Assembly: GCA_964234715.1 (NCBI GenBank)
Contig: OZ174277.1
Strand: one strand, 5' to 3'
Length of the DNA: 64,000 nucleotides
Source of the DNA: Podarcis melisellensis
Taxonomy: Eukaryota
Positions 62,746 to 64,000 of this stretch are shown here, piece by piece (position 1 is the first letter of the stretch; each line of letters begins with the position of its first letter). The translations under genes were made by a program, and so were the position numbers. The notes under the pieces were generated by a model, which saw nothing but the letters and a program-made list of their open reading frames with translations, was not told the DNA's origin and made no database searches.

Positions 62746-63936
62746 ACTCTTCTCTAATGTTCTTAAACACACGAGTTCCCATCTGTTCTGCTTTGTGTTG
62801 CAGATCCCTCTGTGGTCAAAAGAAGCACCATGGAAGGGATGGAGCATGTGCTCTACCACTAAGCTAAATAAACACTAAGGCTTGTTTTTAATTGCTTCAC
62901 TATCATTTCCTGCCATTTATTTATGTTCACTTGTCAGAGGGAATAATACTAGAACGCCAATACTTCGTCACAGAAAGTAACAATAAAAGCAAAGCAAAGC
63001 AAAACTAATGTAAAATCCTCCAACACCCTTATGCATTTTCTGATATGAAATCAGAGCAGACTATATTAAGAAAGCCTGTGTCTTTCAATCTTTGTCACCC
63101 ACAGTAAGCCAGTAACACAAAGGAGATTTGTTCCTCTAGCACACCATGAGGACTTCATTCTAAAAGCACACAGGGAAGTCCAACACCATTTTGAAATGAT
63201 CTCAGCAGAATGATTTATGGGGAAATATGAACATGGTTTTCAAAGCAATTTCTTTCTTCTGTGTTCCTAGTGTGCCTGTCATACCTTCTCTTCCCCCTTT
63301 TGCTGCCTTTTGTTTTCTAAAGGTGACCACTTTGTTTTGTATTCTTTTATCACATTCTACTTCATACAAAGTTCTTCCAGATCTTTAAAAAGAATTTGTC
63401 TGAATGGGACCAACTTACTATGTGAACATTCTGGGCTTTGGATAAAGTTTCCCCAATGTATAATGCAATGCCCTTTATACAGAGTCCTAAAGGGTTGGAA
63501 AAAATCTTCTCTGACCTCTCCATTGTTGAAGGTTAGTGACCATGGCAGAACGTTTGGCATTTATAGTACCAGACAAAATATTTTATATCATGCACACACG
63601 CACACTTTTACCAAGGTGCAAACAATTCAAAAGGTCAACAGAAAGCTAAATATTTGTAGCACTATACTAGCTACAGATCAAGAGCAACACCAGAGGCCAA
63701 GACATATTTTGTACAAGCCCTAATACACATTGAAAGCAGAAATACGGGTATGATCTCACGAACTGCACAAGAAAGAATCTTTGCAGTACTACTAAACCTA
63801 TTTTATTTTAAACTGGAATTAATGACTGCTTAAATTTAAAATCAAACCTCCCAAGTTTGGGAATGCAGAGATCCACAGAACTGATACTCTGTTTATTGCA
63901 TGCATACTTGCAGAGTAACAAAGCAAGCTTTAAACA

Positions 63937-64000
63937 CAGCATTCTCAATTTTGGGTCCCTGGGTGTTTCTCGACTACCACCTTTATCATCCCTGATCGTT
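63937..64000. mobile_element. Start of a hAT MITE (family B-like), cut by the window edge
   Basis: cagcattctcaattttgggtccc...gactaccacctttatcatccctga. Confidence 0.45.

Larger units (their letters stand above)
45867..64000 (-). other. ZFAND3: 3' part of ZFAND3 intron 1 (exon 1 lies beyond the window)
   Basis: Upstream of the exon 2 acceptor. No CpG island and no MGDAGSERS/CPCGFW-encoding exon was seen. Confidence 0.8.

Noticed and set aside
63310-63723. 137-aa ORF and its overlapping antisense ORF
   Set aside because: No recognisable domain, non-ATG start and no convincing splice context, so a chance ORF. The same applies to the 22028, 44555 and 49825 ORFs.
1-64000. Endogenous viral element, snoRNA/miRNA or novel multi-gene system
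   Set aside because: I recognised no viral-like ORF, C/D or H/ACA structure, or non-TE hairpin. An Infernal/Rfam scan and tBLASTn search would be needed to exclude them formally.

Overview
This is AT-rich vertebrate genomic DNA, almost certainly from a lacertid lizard (Podarcis/Lacerta-like), judged from Sauria SINEs, a tRNA-Lys SINE, squamate CR1/L2/RTE-X/Penelope remnants and Tigger-like and hAT MITEs. The whole window lies inside the minus-strand gene ZFAND3 (AN1-type zinc finger protein 3). Two coding exons are present with canonical AG/GT sites and join in frame: exon 2 (45826-45866, 41 nt, SSKTMNLCSKCFA) and exon 3 (3763-3942, 180 nt, DFQKKQPDDES...SPSKEK). Exon 1 and exons 4 onward were not found in the window. 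The rest is intron: about 42 kb of intron 2, including a 132-N gap, plus parts of introns 1 and 3. Nearly all ORFs in the supplied track are chance ORFs or transposon fragments. I found no support for a wholly new biological system. The best leads are two Pbx-Hox1 (TGATGGATGG) plus Meis motif clusters in repeat-free intron sequence, several other candidate conserved enhancers, a three-level nested transposon stack, decayed Penelope hammerhead-ribozyme remnants, a CTCF-like site inside one MITE copy, and a candidate poison pseudo-exon. Gene and repeat family names come from recalled consensus sequences, not database searches. Old-repeat boundaries are approximate.
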